NCBI GenBank assembly: GCA_963761335.1
Contig: CAVXGR010000021.1
Coordinates: 96,001 to 160,000, forward strand
Origin: an uncultured delta proteobacterium
Lineage (GTDB): Bacteria > Desulfobacterota > Binatia > HRBIN30 > BPIQ01
DNA: 64,000 bases
Reading direction: 5' to 3'
Part shown: in pieces, positions 63,226-64,000 of the stretch
Layout: each line of letters begins with the position of its first letter
Position numbering within the stretch: the stretch's first letter is position 1
Notes under the pieces: generated by a model
Told to the model about the DNA's origin: nothing
The model's input: only the letters and a program-made list of their open reading frames with translations
The model's database searches: none
Position numbers and translations under genes: made by a program

Positions 63226-64000
63226 GGAGGCCGGGGTTGGGCCAACGGTGGCCTTCGGCATGCAGATCCCCCGGTGACGTTGACGAGAACGCATGCTGAG
63301 ATTCAGGCCGTCGAGATCAATCAATGACGATCCGTCCGACTCGATGATGGCGTTGGAGAAGTCGCAGCCGACGAACTTGAGGGCGCTGTCCGGCGGCGCC
63401 GCCGCGAAGACGTTCTGGAGCGAGTACAGTACGCCTCCCGGCCCCCCGTTGCATTGCGCGACCCCGAGGCCGCCGGTGCGCCATGCGTAGCCGATCATGC
63501 CGGTGCGTGGGGGCGGGCAGAGGTAGGCCGCGTCGTCGTCGCCGCAGCCCGGCAAGATGGAAAAGTGGCGATCAATCCGGCGGCGGCGCTTCCCTTGATG
63601 AACTGACGTCGCGATAGCCTGCGGCGCCGCTTGCGGCTCATGGTGAGTCCCTCCCTTCGCGTGAGTTTGGGCTTTGTAATCCGAGGCGCAGTCGCTTGAC
63701 AAACTCATTTCGGCGGCTGCCAGCTCTTCACGGTGCCGGCGCTGGCTTCCCGTGGAGAAAGCGTTGCGCCGTTGGGCCGGGTGCACTCCTGGATCCCGGG
63801 TTTTCTTGGGTTGACAGTGGCGCCCACTCTCGGTACGACTGCGGCTCGCACAGCGCGGGAATCGGGGACGCGGGCTCCCTGGTCGAATTTTCCGCGGCGA
63901 CGCCGGCGCTCTACGGAAGACGGGGCCTTCAGCGGCGCGGCGCAGCGTGGCTTCGGAGCCGCTCGATATGGAGGCAGCCAGCATGGCGCACTGGTATAGC

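Overview
This is very GC-rich bacterial chromosomal DNA. The gene style (dockerin-like and Cys-rich secreted proteins, many amidohydrolases, CoA transferases, P450 and LLM enzymes) suggests Candidatus Binatia (Binatota), which is an inference only. 1-20 kb is mostly housekeeping: class II ribonucleotide reductase nrdJ with tandem NrdR boxes, DciA/DUF721, a divergent DprA-like gene, YbbN/CnoX, tadA, a polar amino-acid ABC transporter, a divergent LplA-like/HEAT/MaoC-pair unit, ilvD and a GHMP kinase. 20.5-27.4 kb holds two tandem paralogous secreted proteins of about 1100-1200 aa, each a YVTN beta-propeller fused to a di-heme CcP/MauG-like domain and ending in a shared unassigned C-terminal domain. 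28-40 kb is a CoA-dependent catabolic cluster in which two promoters share a TTAAC-N4-GTTAA palindrome, followed by a Phd/VapC toxin-antitoxin pair. 41-64 kb is accessory: sterol desaturase, two class III cyclase signalling genes, SGNH hydrolase, LLM oxidoreductase, Tat multicopper oxidase, a large surface protein, an hsaA-hsaC-amidohydrolase-TetR operon and a truncated heme-c gene. That part has many frameshifts, probably assembly errors. The intergenic DNA carries several families of non-autonomous palindromic elements: REP doublets, MITEs with 4-bp target duplications (one nested in a REP hairpin), and two ~230-bp nested hairpins with conserved arms but unrelated 35-41-nt loops. I found no transposase, rRNA, tRNA or CRISPR array.
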